The translations under genes were made by a program, and so were the position numbers. A stretch of DNA of 64,000 nt from positions 1 to 64,000 of the forward strand of contig RSEE01000076.1 in the NCBI GenBank assembly GCA_003971905.1, written 5' to 3'. The notes beneath the pieces are model-generated. The model was not told the DNA's origin, ran no database searches, and saw only the letters and a program-made list of their open reading frames with translations. This document shows, piece by piece, positions 52,429-64,000 of this stretch (within the stretch, counting starts at the first letter, position 1; each line of letters begins with the position of its first letter). The DNA comes from Moniliella sp. 'wahieum' (taxonomy: Eukaryota).

Positions 52429-52853
52429 TTAAGCACGGTTGCCCGAGAAGCGGGGGCGGTAGTCACCCGAGGGAGCAGCGTCCTTGCGACGGTACTCCCC
52501 GGCGCCCGAAGGACGAGGGGGACGGTAGGCACCGGGCGCACCAGCCGGGGACCAGCAGCACGGGCCGGGCGCGCCGGGCGCTTGTGCGTCGCCGGCACGA
52601 TCTCCGCGGGCAAGTGGAGGTATTCGCGGAGGTAGTCCAGACCCTCCGGGGTGAGGGTGTAGTAGTACCACTGCCAGCTGAATTGAGTCTTGAGGTAGCC
52701 GCGCGAAGTGAGCGATTGGGCCGCCTTGACCACTTGCAGGTTGGGCAGCTCGAGGTACGGGTGGGTCGTCTCAAAGTCCTTGGGGGCGACCAGGACACCC
52801 TCCTGGATCAGCTCCGAGTAGATCTTCTTGCGGTTGTCCTTGGGGATGATCAT
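52429..52853 (-). CDS. RPS10: 40S ribosomal protein eS10
   Basis: [74 protein letters not shown]; one frameshift in the tail. Confidence 0.97.
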
Positions 52854-53105
52854 GACGGGTAGGGCGGAGACGGGGCAGAAGTGAGAGGGAGGGGTGGTGA
52901 TGGCGTTAAACTGTCCGAGCGCAAAGGTCTGCGGGAGAAAAACGGGGGCGAAGCCGCAGCAGCCCAAGCAAAATAATAGTTAGGGTTGGTGCCGCAGCTG
53001 GCGCAAAATTGAGTGGCTAACGTCATAACCCTAGCGGGTACCGCGGCCGCGCCTTGCTGAGGCCCGCTCGGGTTTGCCACCACACCTTTCCTCCAGACCA
53101 TCAAC
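52854..53105. promoter_or_regulatory. Bidirectional RPS10/RPS30 promoter with two inverted telomere-like boxes
   Basis: 252 bp between divergent start codons; TTAGGGTT at 52980-52987 and TAACCCTA at 53026-53033. Confidence 0.6.
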
Positions 53106-53546
53106 ATGTATGTCCCTCACTCCCCCTTCTTGCTCCTCGCTGGCTGCCGGCGTCCGTCCGATCACTCCTCCTCGCGGCCGTGCCTCCGAACGCCTGAGGA
53201 TGCGATTCCCTCGCTGTGGAGTGACGTGTCGGACTCTGGCACTCAACCCTGCTCTCTCTCCTCGTATCGTTGGTGAACTGACCAATTTTGTCTTTGCAGG
53301 GGCAAAGTTCACGGCTCCCTCGCACGTGCCGGTAAGGTCAAGGGTCAGACCCCCAAGGTCGAGCCTCAGGAGAAGAAGAAGCTGCCCAAGGGCCGCGCTA
53401 AGAAGCGTCTGCTCTACACGCGTCGGTGCGTTTACCCCTGTCTTCGCGTTATCGATTATTTTTGTACTGACTCTTCTCTGTTCTGTAGCTTTGTCAACGC
53501 TACACTCGCTCCCAACGGCAAGCGCCGCATGAACCCCAACACCTAA
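53106..53546 (+). CDS. RPS30: 40S ribosomal protein eS30 (exons 53106-53107, 53300-53425, 53489-53546)
   Basis: Spliced product [61 protein letters not shown]; canonical GT..AG introns; absent from the ORF track. Confidence 0.97.
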
Positions 53547-54140
53547 GCGCAGAGTGAATTTCCAATCACGTTCCGATTGGATTGGTGTTTTATCCATTTC
53601 TGAGTCGCAACGATGAATGTGTCTCTATTTGCATCCATGCACCTCCCATGTTGCCTTTATGGCTGTCCCATTCCCACGCACATGCGTATCGTAGCGAGTG
53701 TTTCCTTGCTCGGCACCGTGACCCTTTAGGTCTATCCCAACCCCTTGATTATGGCTCTCTCGAACCATTGTTCCACCTCCCTCAAGCAAAAGATTCCTTT
53801 TGGTCTTAAAAAACCTGTCTTTGGTATCGTAGGCTAGATGTGTAGGCTCATCCACCATTTTGTTCCCCGTGCAGCTGGTCGCGAATACGGCCCACTCAGG
53901 AAGGCTGTGGGAGCGATGTGAAGTGAGAGGCCTGTGAAGGAAGGTATCTGATTAGCATTTGCCGTGGAAGTTCTCCGTGCTTCAGGCTTCGGGCATGAGT
54001 GCATGGGAGCCGCCCATCTAGCTCCTCGAACCTCCTAGAAGAGGAAGGAGGAACGTAAGGCGGCGTCGACAGAAGAGCGCGTTCATATTTGGACGGCAGG
54101 GAGGATATGCAGACCTGGGGATTGGTCAAAAGCTGGCATT

Positions 54141-55135
54141 TTAAGGGGCCAAGAAGCCGATGAGAGTAGTATCAATCATAGCCTCAATGTTGACCCAAGA
54201 ATGGGTTAGCACTGAGGAACAGCAACGTCAGCATGGGGTGCGGCACACCTAGCGAACTAGCCAACGAGCAACGAGCAACGAGCAACGAGCACGAGCAACG
54301 AGCAATGCGTAACAGCAAAGTCGAGTCCTATCCAGAAGTAAAACGTACTGAACAATCGCGTCCCATCCCGCCCTGCCACCCGCATCAGCTCCTCCACCCC
54401 ACCAGGGTGGTAACGCAAGTACGGCGTCAAGTTGTACACTTTGCCATGGAACGCAGACCAGGCATCCTCAGGTGTATTGTGCTTCTTGAGCTCTTCGCGC
54501 GTGATGCGTTGTAGTTCGGTAAATCCTGCCTGCCAAAGAGGGAAGGGGAAGGGTAGGGATAGGTACAGTCAAGTCAGTTCTCTCCCCTTCTGCCCCGCCT
54601 TGCCTGTATCGCACGTGGGGGACTAAGCAGCACGGAAAAGGAAGGAAGACCAGACGTACCCGCAGCTCAGGCTTTCCACTGCTCTTGAGTCGAGCCCAGT
54701 CCAGCGGTCCAAATCCAGGAGCGAGCGCGACCTTGGCGCGCTTAGATCGCGGCGCACCGGCAGCGAGGAGACCAGGTGAGGGAGCAGCTAGCGGGGGGCA
54801 AGGCGGAGCGACGCGGCGGCTGTGGTGCGTGGCGGGGGCATCAAGGAGGAGGCGGAAACCGAGGTGAAGCGAGACGTGGTGCGTGGGACACTCGGACCCG
54901 ATGCCGTGGGAGGAGGCATGAGGTTACCACTTCCTCTGCCGGACGAGGAAGAACCGACGCTCGCCACGGTCCGCTCACCGCCAGAGGGGGCGCCGGGCGA
55001 CAAGGCAGTAGAAGCTCGGGATGCAGCAGCCACCTGCGGGCCATTGAGGAGGGGAAACGAGGGCGGTGCATCGGGATCGGTACCATTGCCACCATCAGCT
55101 GGGTTCTGGGGAAACGGACGGGGCGTGTCTCCCAT
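54141..55135 (-). CDS. Cytochrome b5-like heme-binding protein (Irc21/CYB5R4 N-terminal type)
   Basis: RAKVALAPGFGPLDWARLK, RITREELKKHNTPEDAWSAFHGKVYNLTPYLRYHPGGVEELMRVAGRDGTRLF|MLTHSWVNIEAM..LIGFL; two introns. Confidence 0.88.
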
Positions 55136-55927
55136 TACCCTCGGACGTTGGCCACGTAGCTACCTCGTGTGGTGGTGCTGGCGGTGGCGAGTTACCAATT
55201 CAACTCCATGTGCCCAACACCTGAGATTTTTGCAACATTACAAGGCGACCCAGATGTACCCTCTAACCCTAACCCGAGCCACCCTCTTGAAAAGGCACTC
55301 TCGTGTTGAGGATAGGCCGCAAGTCGAGAAAGAAAACACAGGTGGCCATACAGGCGCGCCATTTCGCCAGATACAAGCAGCTACTGTGGACTGTCTCGGA
55401 GAAGGAACTGGACGGCAAGACCTGACCAGTTGTGCGACGGAAAGGCAACGCGGGCGCAGGCCGAAGGGCTGGCGCTGTCCCCTTCATTGCCCGTCGTTTC
55501 TCTGTTACGATGCTGGGCCTGTCCCTTCAAATCAGTAACCGTCAATCTACCGAGTCAATCTACCAATCTATGTCTCTCTTTGTCCGCCTCTGGATCCTAG
55601 TGGCAAAGCATGGCATCGTAGCCTCATATTAGCAGCAGAGATAAAAACGCCGAGCAAAAGATAAGGAACAGCGACGATAGGGGCGTGGAGTGGAGTGAAA
55701 GATGTTTATGCGACCACCAGATTGGTCGTGCGAGCCGTAGTTACGAGCCCGCTTTTTGTTGATTTTCGACAGGTTGGGGGGATAGTCACTTGAAGAGTCT
55801 TCGGTCTTCAGGCACGCTGCTATCCCAGTCGGCCCCAACCAGTCATGGGCCCATTACTGAGTGTTGAGTGATGTCTCAAAGTTCGGACGCCACTCATCAA
55901 GCCACCAAAACACTTCAGATTGCCCGT

Positions 55928-57526
55928 TTAGGCCCGTTGAGACTTACGCGACGACTTGGATCCCTTTCGGTCTTTGTGGCCGCGGGGCACAGGCATAGGA
56001 AGCGCACGTTTCTTGGACCGTTTCTTGGTAGATTCTACTGGCTCCAACTCGGAATCCGAAGAGTGGGCGGCTTTCCTCTTGTGGCCAGCCACCTTCTTCT
56101 GGGGCACCTCCTCCTCCGAATCAGAGGAAGACGAGTCGGAGTCGGAGTCGGAATCGGATTCGGAGGAAGAATCAGACGAATCGGAAGACGAGTTGTTTTC
56201 TTCAACAATCAATACCACTTGCTCTTGGTCCGAGTCCGAGTCCGAGTCCGAATCCGAATCGCTGGAGGAATCCGAGTCGGAACTGCTCGAACTGTCCGAG
56301 TCGGAGCTCGAGTCGCTAGACGAGTCCGACTCCGAGCTCGAATCACTAGAAGAGTCAGAGTCAGAGTCAGAGTCAGAGTCAGAGTCAGAGTCAGAGTCAG
56401 AACTCGAGCTCGAGTCCGAGTCGTCTCCCTTCGTCTCGACAATGATCACACCCTCGTGGGAGTCGTTGTCGTCGCTTTCCGAATCTGAATCCGAGTCCGA
56501 ATCCGAATCGGAGCTTTCTCCCTTGGTTTGGACAACGATCACCGCGCCTTGCTCGTCGTTGTCAGAGTCAGAGCTGTCGGAATCCGAGTCCGAGTCGCTG
56601 GAGGAGCTCGAATCACTGGACGAGTCCGAATCAGAATCAGAATCAGAATCCGAATCCGAATCCGAGTCCGGCTCGGCAACGACCACAGCGGCTGCTTCGG
56701 CCGTGTGATGCTCTCCCCCGTAGACGTGCTTGAAGTGTCCGACTCTTCCGCTGGAACCTCGTGGGCCACAAGGACCATTTTTTCCTCTTCCTCATCATCC
56801 GAGTCGCTGGAGCTGGAACTCGAATCGGAGTCCGAATCGGAATCGGAATCGGAATCAGAATCCGACTCCGACGAACTCACCTCCGCAGTGGCCACAGCCA
56901 CAACCTCGGCACCCTTGCTGTCAGAGTCCGAGTCAGAGTCCGAGTCAGAGTCCGAGTCAGAATCTGAATCGGAGTCGCTGGAGCTGGAGGAACTGGACTC
57001 ATGGCCCTGCTGCAAGATGATAATTTGGCCGGGTTGGTGGTCTGAATCGCTCGAGTCGGAGTCGGAGTCGGAGTCAGAATCCGAATCCGAATCGGAGGAC
57101 GAGCTGGAGCTAGAACTCGAGCTGGAACTCGAGTCGGAGCCGGAGTCAGAGTCAGAGTCAGAGTCAGAGTCAGAGTCAGAGTCAGAGTCAGAGTCAGAGG
57201 AGCTGTCGCTGTCGGAGCTGCTGTTGGGTGCAACCAAGACAAGCTCCGCCATCTCCACATCCGACTCATCTGAGCTGGAGCTGCTGGAGGAATCGGAATC
57301 GGAATCGCTTTCTGATTCGGATGAGGAGGAAGAGGAAGAAGAAGAGGGGGGAGGGGGGCTCGCTTGTGCTTCTTGCTCAAGTGAACCTTCTTCTGTTTGG
57401 CTGGGGTTGCTGAAAGGGGCCACGACGGGAGTCAGAACAAGCGCGACGCAGTGGAAGAGAACCAAGAGACGTACCGAGAGCCTTGGTGGTCGAGGAAACC
57501 GGCTTGGATGCCATCTTTTTGCCCAT
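55928..57526 (-). CDS. Extremely Ser/Asp-rich repeat protein with basic termini (nucleolar Srp40/Nopp140-like composition)
   Basis: [34 protein letters not shown] (intron 57410-57474), long (SD)n tracts, C-terminal [22 protein letters not shown] at ~57591-57597; at least two frameshifts. Confidence 0.75.
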
Positions 57527-58095
57527 GGTGCAGATGTGCCGAGGAAGTGTGTGGTGGTGGGGTCGCGCGAGGTGGGGTAGCGCTGGTGGCTATATAAGCA
57601 GCGAGGCCCAGTTGACTGACAAGCCAATGTCGGCGAAAAAATTATTCGGTGCAACTGCGCGTAGATAGCAGTGACGTAATCGGCGTCTTCTGTCTGCTTC
57701 GTCAAGCATCCGGCGGGTTCGACGAGCGGGTGATGTTGCTGGTGCCTGACAGGGCAGCCGGACCACAGGAAGCTAAAGCAGGCTTCGGCCTCCACACCAC
57801 AACGGCCCAGTCGTCTCCACGGCATCGCATCGCCCTTGCCTCTGTCACCACGTGGCCTGGCTGCCTTGGAGATGGGGTGGACAGAGGAGGAGAATGGAGG
57901 ATGTGCTTCTCAAGAGAGGCGCGGGGGGGCATGAGACGGGTAGTGACTTATCCAGCCAGGGTATCGCGGAGCCAAGCCAGCGTCCATGCAGATAGGATAG
58001 GAAAGGCGATGTCAACAACGTTGGATGGCTTGGTTGTAATCAAGACGGAGGCCGCACAACATCAACCAATGGGTCTGCGTGTGACAAAAAAAGAT

Positions 58096-58194
58096 TGCTT
58101 CAAAGGGGAATCGAACCCCTGTCACATCGATGTCTTAAACGGAGACTGGCCCCGTGCCTGGCAACGATGTAGTATACCACTAACCCATTGAAGC
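58096..58194 (-). tRNA. tRNA-Gly(GCC) with 28-nt intron (58131-58158)
   Basis: Acceptor GCTTCAA/TTGAAGC+A, anticodon stem CATCG/CGATG with loop TTGCCA^T, T-arm AGGGG-TTCGATT-CCCCT, T7 terminator; mature length 71 nt. Confidence 0.95.
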
Positions 58195-58576
58195 AAGTAG
58201 GTGTGATGCCTCCGAGTGTATTCTGGGTAGACCCTAAGACTGGTTGTCGTGAACAGTCCGTGTTCGACTATCCTCGTTCGGCGCGCAGGCGAAAGCAGCT
58301 GCAGGAAACGCCGCACCGCATGGATCGCATTCTCCGTCGGCTGCGATGCCTCGATGCGTGGCGGGGGCGTGACACGTGATCAGCATACGGCGCGCAGAGT
58401 GCCAGCTACCCAGGTCACATGACACATGACACTGCCTCTGCTGCGCCAGGCGGCATGGCGGAAGGCAGGGCGGAATTAGTGCTGCCGTCGCAGGTCCATT
58501 TCCGTTTGCCTTCTCTGAGTCAACGCCTGACCGGAGCCTGTTGTCTCCGTCTGCCCCACCGCCATCTCCCTCCACG

Positions 58577-60612
58577 ATGCCGACTGTGACTGTCGACAAG
58601 CAGCGCTTCTTCCAAGCCATCGGTGCTCCCCCCGGCTACACGTCCCAGGAGTTCGACGAGCTCTGCTTCCAGTTCGGTATTGAGCTCGACGAAGATACGG
58701 AGCTCGAGGCGGCCAAGGACGGCCACCAGCTGCCCCCTGGCACCCGCCCCGAGCTCAAGATCGACATCCCAGCCAACCGGTACGACATGTTGTGCCACGG
58801 GAATCTCTCGCGCTCTCAACGTCTATCTTGGCCGCGCCGAGCCGCCCAGTACCGCCTTGCTACGCCCAAGACGGCGGACGGCAAGCCTCTGGAGATCCAC
58901 GTTACGCCCAACCCGTCCAAGGTGCGGCCCTACATCCAAGGTGCTGTCCTGCGTGGCATCAAGTTCACCCCGACAACTACGCCAGCTTCATTGATCTGCA
59001 AGATAAGTTGCACCAGAACTTGGCCCGCCGCCGTACTCTTGTTTCCATGGGCACCCATGACCTCAACACCATCACCGGTCCGTTCACCTACGACGCCAAG
59101 CCCCCCAAGGACATCAAATTTGTGCCGCTGAACCAGACCAAGGCGGTAGATGGGAACGAGCTGATGGCTCTGTATGAGCACGACAGTCACCTCAAACCGT
59201 ACCTCCATTATCCGTGACAAGCCCGTCTACCCCGTCGTGCTCGACTCCAAGGGCACGGTTTGCTCTTTGCCCCCCATCATCAACTCGGAGCATTCCAAGA
59301 TCACGCTCAACACAACCGACGTCTTTATCGAGATTACTGCAATTGACGAGACGCGATTGACGTTTGCGATGAACATCCTCGTCACCATGTTCTCCGATAC
59401 TGTGCCGAGCCGTTTGCGATCGAGCCTGTCAAGATCGTTTACCCCGATGGTAAGACCCACCTCACGCCGGACCTCTCTTCCCGCAAGACGAGTGTCAAAA
59501 CGTCGTATGTCAATTCGGGTACTGGCCTTCAACTCACGCCCGACGAGGTGGCTGCACTTCTGGTTAAGATGGGGCACCAAACGCGTGTGCCACAAGGCAC
59601 CCAGCTCGGGCCTGACGGAGAAGTTGAGGTCGACATTCCTTGCACGCGGCCGGATGTGCTGGCGGCGTGCGACTTACTGGAAGATGCAGCGGTAGCGTAT
59701 GGGTTCGATAACTTGAAGCGCCGCTTCCCTGACGTTGGGGGGTGGGCAAGCCGTTACCGATCAACAAGTTGGGTGATGTGGTCCGTACCGAGCTCGCGCT
59801 GGCCGGATGGATCGAAGTCTTGTCGCTTATTCTCTGTTCGGAAGAGGAAAACTTTACTGCGCTCCGAAAGAAGGACGATGGTTCGGCTGTCAAGCTGGAG
59901 AACCCCAAGACGGCCGAGTTTGGCGTGGTGCGGACTTCCCTCTTGCCGGGCTTGCTCAAGACGGTGCGGGAGAACAGGAAACATGCCCTGCCTCTGCGTC
60001 TGTTTGAGGTGCAGGACATCGTTACCAAGACCACCGCCGCCGAGGCTGACCCTTCTTCCCCCCTCTTCCTTCCGGACGCTGCGGATGTGGGATCGAAAAA
60101 CCAGCGGCACGCTGCCGTGCTCTACTCGAACCGGGCTGCCAACTTTGAGATTGTGCACGGCGCATTGGACCAACTGCTGCGCAAGCTCGAGGTCCCCCGG
60201 ATCCACTCGCAAGATACCGAGGCCGACCAGGGCTGGTACCTCGAGCAATCGGACGAGCCTACTTTCTGGCCCGTTCAGTGCGCTTCGATTGTCTACCGTC
60301 CCGCCTCCCAGTCCGAGGCGGGCAAGGCGGTAAGTGGCTTCGGGCCTCGAGACGTTGGGAACCAAATTGGCTGCCGCCCTGCCCGGGCAGGCAAACAATG
60401 CCAAGGAGATCACCGGTGGAACGGACGAGTTTGTCAACCGCACCTCGGCTGCCGTTGCTCTCCGTCGGAAGCCCAAGGCGACCAACCCCAAAGCGTCGAA
60501 CCGGGATCGGGTTGTGGGCCACATTGGTGTGCTGCACCCGGAGGTGCTGCAGAAGTTCTCGATCGACTACCCTTGCTCGGCGTTCGAGTTGGACATTGAA
60601 GCGTTCTTGTAA
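58577..60612 (+). CDS. FRS1: Phenylalanyl-tRNA synthetase beta subunit (cytosolic)
   Basis: [113 protein letters not shown]; frameshifts. Confidence 0.96.
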
Positions 60613-60960
60613 GGGACAGGCGGGGGGGACTGGATGGTATGGGTGCTTCCTTCTTTGTTGTGTGTAAGCGTGCCGGAATAGATGTGGTGGCAGCTGAACT
60701 GTCTGTTGGTGGGGGGGGAGGGGAGCAATCGGACGGCGCAGGCAGGACGTGTCGGAGGAAAGGGAGGGCGGCTGGGAACAGATAGTTGGTGCACAATGGC
60801 TACTGATCACCGATCAATACTCACTCGATGATGCCCGGCGCCCGGATGGGCCAGGGAACATTTAAACGAAACGCAGGCCGCAACCGCAAAAAAAAGCTTC
60901 TTGTACCATAATTAAACCCGGAGCTGCCTGCCTTCTCTCGCCTCCACCTCCACCTCCCCC

Positions 60961-63267
60961 ATGCTTGTCGCAGGAAGGGCCGCCGTGGCGGCGCTGCGTA
61001 CACGCCCCCGCCTGCCTCTTCGTACAGGGCCTCTGCCGCTCCAGCCGCTCCTCGGCGGAGGCCAAGCACACCGCCCAGCCCGCCCTTTCTCGGACACTGC
61101 GCGCTCCCATGCGGATCAGGCGGGAGCAAGCTACGCCCGAGGCAGCCAAGTCCCAAGACGGACCCAACCCGGACGAAGGTCGTGTGCGCAAACGGCGTCC
61201 CGAGATAAGCTTGAATCCGCGGATGATCGAGTGGGTCAAGGCGCGTGCCGAGGAACGGGCTGCCCAAGGCCCCGAGGCAAGTCGCTTGGACTTGAACCAG
61301 GGCTCTCTCCACAAATCGAAGGTTGGAAGCCCAAAGTGCAACCCAGCGACCAGGACTCGGCCAGTACTGCTCAAGAAGAGAACATGCGGAAGCGCAAGTG
61401 TGCGGTCGTGTTGGGATACGCTGGGACGGCGTACAAGGGCCTGCAGGTCAACATGGGTGTGGAGACGATCGAGGGGGATGTGTTTGCTGCCATGGCAGCC
61501 GCCGGCGCGGTTTCCAAGGCCAATGCAGTCAACCCTGCCAAGGTGGATATGCGTCGCGCCGCCCGAACCGATGCTGGCGTGCATGCAGCGATGAATGTGT
61601 TGTCAATGAAGCTCGAGCTACCTGTCTCGCTGATTCAGGCGGCCGAGGCGGAAGAGAATTATCACCTGACCAACTGTCCCACTCAATCTCCTGCCCATGA
61701 GAAAGTGAAGAGCCGAGGACGGACCTTGGCTGGGATACCGCCAACGCCTACAACGCTGGAGGAGGTGGAAAAAGTACAGGCGATCGCCCAACAAGACGTG
61801 CGGGAGCTGCGCAACAAGATCAACCAGTACCTTCCCGATGACATTCGGATTTTTGGTTTGCTTCGTGCCCCTCGTGGGTTCCAAGCGCGTACGTTTGCCA
61901 GCTCCCGTAGATATGAGTATATTTTGCCTACGTTCCTTTTCCAACCACCTGCCCCCTACACGTCGATGCATGCCCACTTCCAAACGTTCCATGACGAGGA
62001 AATGGCCCAGGGCAAGGCGACGGAGAATGGTGGAAACGATTGGATTGACTCGGTCACGATGCCTGTGTGGATGGCGGACTTGTTCCGAACCGAACCCCTC
62101 TGCCCTCGTGGGACTATGTGCTAAACCATCCTTCCTGGGAAGGTCTGGGTCGTAAGCCCCCCGCACCGCCTACACCTCCGGTCCCTGAGGACTTCCGTGA
62201 ACGTCACCAGGTTACCATCCGACAGCGTCAACGTCAGGCGCGGATGAAACAAGAAGGTGTTGACCTCCGTCTTTCTCCCGAACAAGAGGAGAAGGAGGAA
62301 GCGCTGATCCAGCGGCACTGGTTCCGTCGCTGGGACGAGTCGCGCGAGCGCACGCCCGAAGAAAAGGTTTTATGGAGGACGTGTATGCGCGCATGAAGCA
62401 GTTCCGTTTGCCCTCGTGGCAACTGGAGCGGGCGCGGAAGAACCTGGGAATGATGATCAGCAAACACAATTTCCACAACTTTAGCGTCCGTCGTCGCTCG
62501 AGCGATCCGAGTGCGTGGCGGTACATGAAGGAACTGAGCATCTCGGACCCTTTATCGGTAAGGACGGCTGGAATACGTTTCGTTCCGGTTGCACGGCGTG
62601 TCGTTTATGCTGCATCAGATCCGCAAAATGATAGCTGCCGTGGTTCTGACCACGCGGTCCCGCACCCCACTCAAGCTATGGTACCACTTTTTCCAACAAC
62701 CGCGCATGCTCATCCCCATTGCTCCTGCCGCCGGGCTGTTTCTGCAGAGCCCAGTGTTTGAGTACTACCATCGCGACCTAGCCAAACGCAAACAGGACTC
62801 GGTTCTTCCCTTTTTCCCCAACGTCGAGCCAGACGATCGACCGAAGTAACCACCTTCAAGCACGATCACATTTACCCTCACATCTTTGATGCCGAGCGAG
62901 ACCATGGTGTGTTTTCCAACTGGATCCAATACATTGACCAGCACTGGACGCCATTGTTTGGATACCTCAACCCTTGGGGCGAGCTGCCCGAGACGAGCAT
63001 CATGCCGGAACTGACCGGCAACAGCTCGCTTCATTTTTCCTCCCATCCCAAAACGCTCAAGCGCAGCATTGCCATGGCAGAGGCCTTTGTCAAAAAGCAG
63101 CAAGAGGAGCCGAGGATGCCGAGCAAGATGGCGCAGACGAGAACGTCGAGTCGGACATTGAGAATGCCGAATTGAACGAGTTGGAGCAGCAAGAAGCAGC
63201 CGAGCAGGCGGGCAGGGAAGAACAGGTCCCACCCCCTGCTTCACCCCCTGCTTCGGCGTCCTCGTAA
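60961..63267 (+). CDS. PUS1: tRNA pseudouridine synthase, TruA/Pus1 family
   Basis: KRKCAVVLGYAGTAYKGLQ, TIEGD, AARTDAGVHA (catalytic Asp), YLPDDIRIFG, RRYEYILPT, HNFHNF, HGVSFMLHQIRKMI, IPIAPAAGLFL; Arg-rich N-terminus. Confidence 0.92.
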
Positions 63268-63392
63268 ACCACGCTGCAAAAAATGCATACTGCCTCTTTG
63301 GGTTGCCTTGCCCCTCTTCCTTGTCGGCGTAAGAGCGCGGGGCGGGCGCGTCAACTAGGGATACGTAGGGTTAGGTAGAGCACGAGCACAGC

Positions 63393-63823
63393 TCAGGCGA
63401 CCGATTGCTTGTACTTGGACGTGTCGAGGATGATCTTGCCACAGATGGCGCACAGTCCTTTTTTGTAGGCACAGGCTGGGACAGAAGAGCGCGGTCAGGA
63501 TGGTTTGCGCACGAGCAGCAAGGAACATGGAACAAGGAGGTAAGCAGAAAGGCATGCATACCTTGGCAGTAATTTGCTTTCTCCTGGGACACGGTGGAGC
63601 GACAAATCTTGCACTTGGTGCCGACCGCGTACTTGTGTTTGGACCCGAGCAATTTGTTGGTGCTCGAGACGTTCTTGGACGTGCCTGCCGCGCCTGCCGC
63701 ACCGGCCTTGGCGGCAGATCCCTTGGCCTTGCCCAGCAGCGACCCTCCAATCGCTCGGTTGCGGTAGGGATCAGGCGCAGACGACTTGGTCCCGAGCTTC
63801 TTCTCACACGTCTTGCACACCAT
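63393..63823 (-). CDS. CRIPT: CRIPT-family cysteine-rich protein
   Basis: MVCKTCEKKL..PDPY..NKLL..KCKICRSTVSQ..YCQ|ACAYKKGLCAICGKIILDTSKYKQS; one intron ~63477-63561. Confidence 0.92.
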
Positions 63824-64000
63824 CGCCGCCGGTGGTTGTGGCAATCAATCTTTCTCCCGAGTCCCCTCGACCCGCCGCGTTAGCGGGCGGGCAACGGCGG
63901 AATTGGTCTCCTGGCTCAGCGCCATGTATCATGCAGCAGCATCATCGATCCCTGCTTACCCCCATCGGAATTCCGCTGCCGGCAGCATGCATATGCAGTA

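Noticed and set aside
57410..57480. Apparent signal peptide ([17 protein letters not shown]) suggesting a secreted Sdr-like adhesin
   Set aside because: The segment is an intron (GTACGT donor, TTCTGAC branch, TTCAG acceptor); splicing yields a Lys-rich NLS-like N-terminus.

Overview
This is the left end of a chromosome from a GC-rich fungus. It is most likely a basidiomycete of smut (Ustilaginomycotina) type, inferred from the CCCTAA telomere, short GTACGT..CTGAC..YAG introns and the gene set. The first ~15 kb is a gene-poor subtelomere with degenerate tandem repeats, a dead Ty1/copia integrase with LTR-like relics and a defective tRNA-Gly-like gene. The rest holds housekeeping genes: SCS2/VAP, ARF1, an Aim32/Apd1-ferredoxin fusion, CIA1, DERA, TIM13, asparagine synthetase, a DEP-DEP-RGS protein, two tandem bacterial-type YghU GSTs, Ecdysoneless, RPS10/RPS30, an IRC21-like cytochrome b5 protein, a Ser-Asp repeat protein, tRNA-Gly(GCC), FRS1, PUS1 and CRIPT. 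Most longer genes carry single-base frameshifts, which I attribute to consensus errors in the assembly, so CDS spans are reconstructed by eye. The most unusual signal is non-coding. Intergenic DNA is full of 7-bp-period arrays built as (A-xy-y'x'-T + N)n, i.e. a palindromic hexamer joined through a T-N-A junction. 14 of the 16 possible A....T palindromes occur in this form, which points to a sequence-general mutational or enzymatic process rather than one repeat family.
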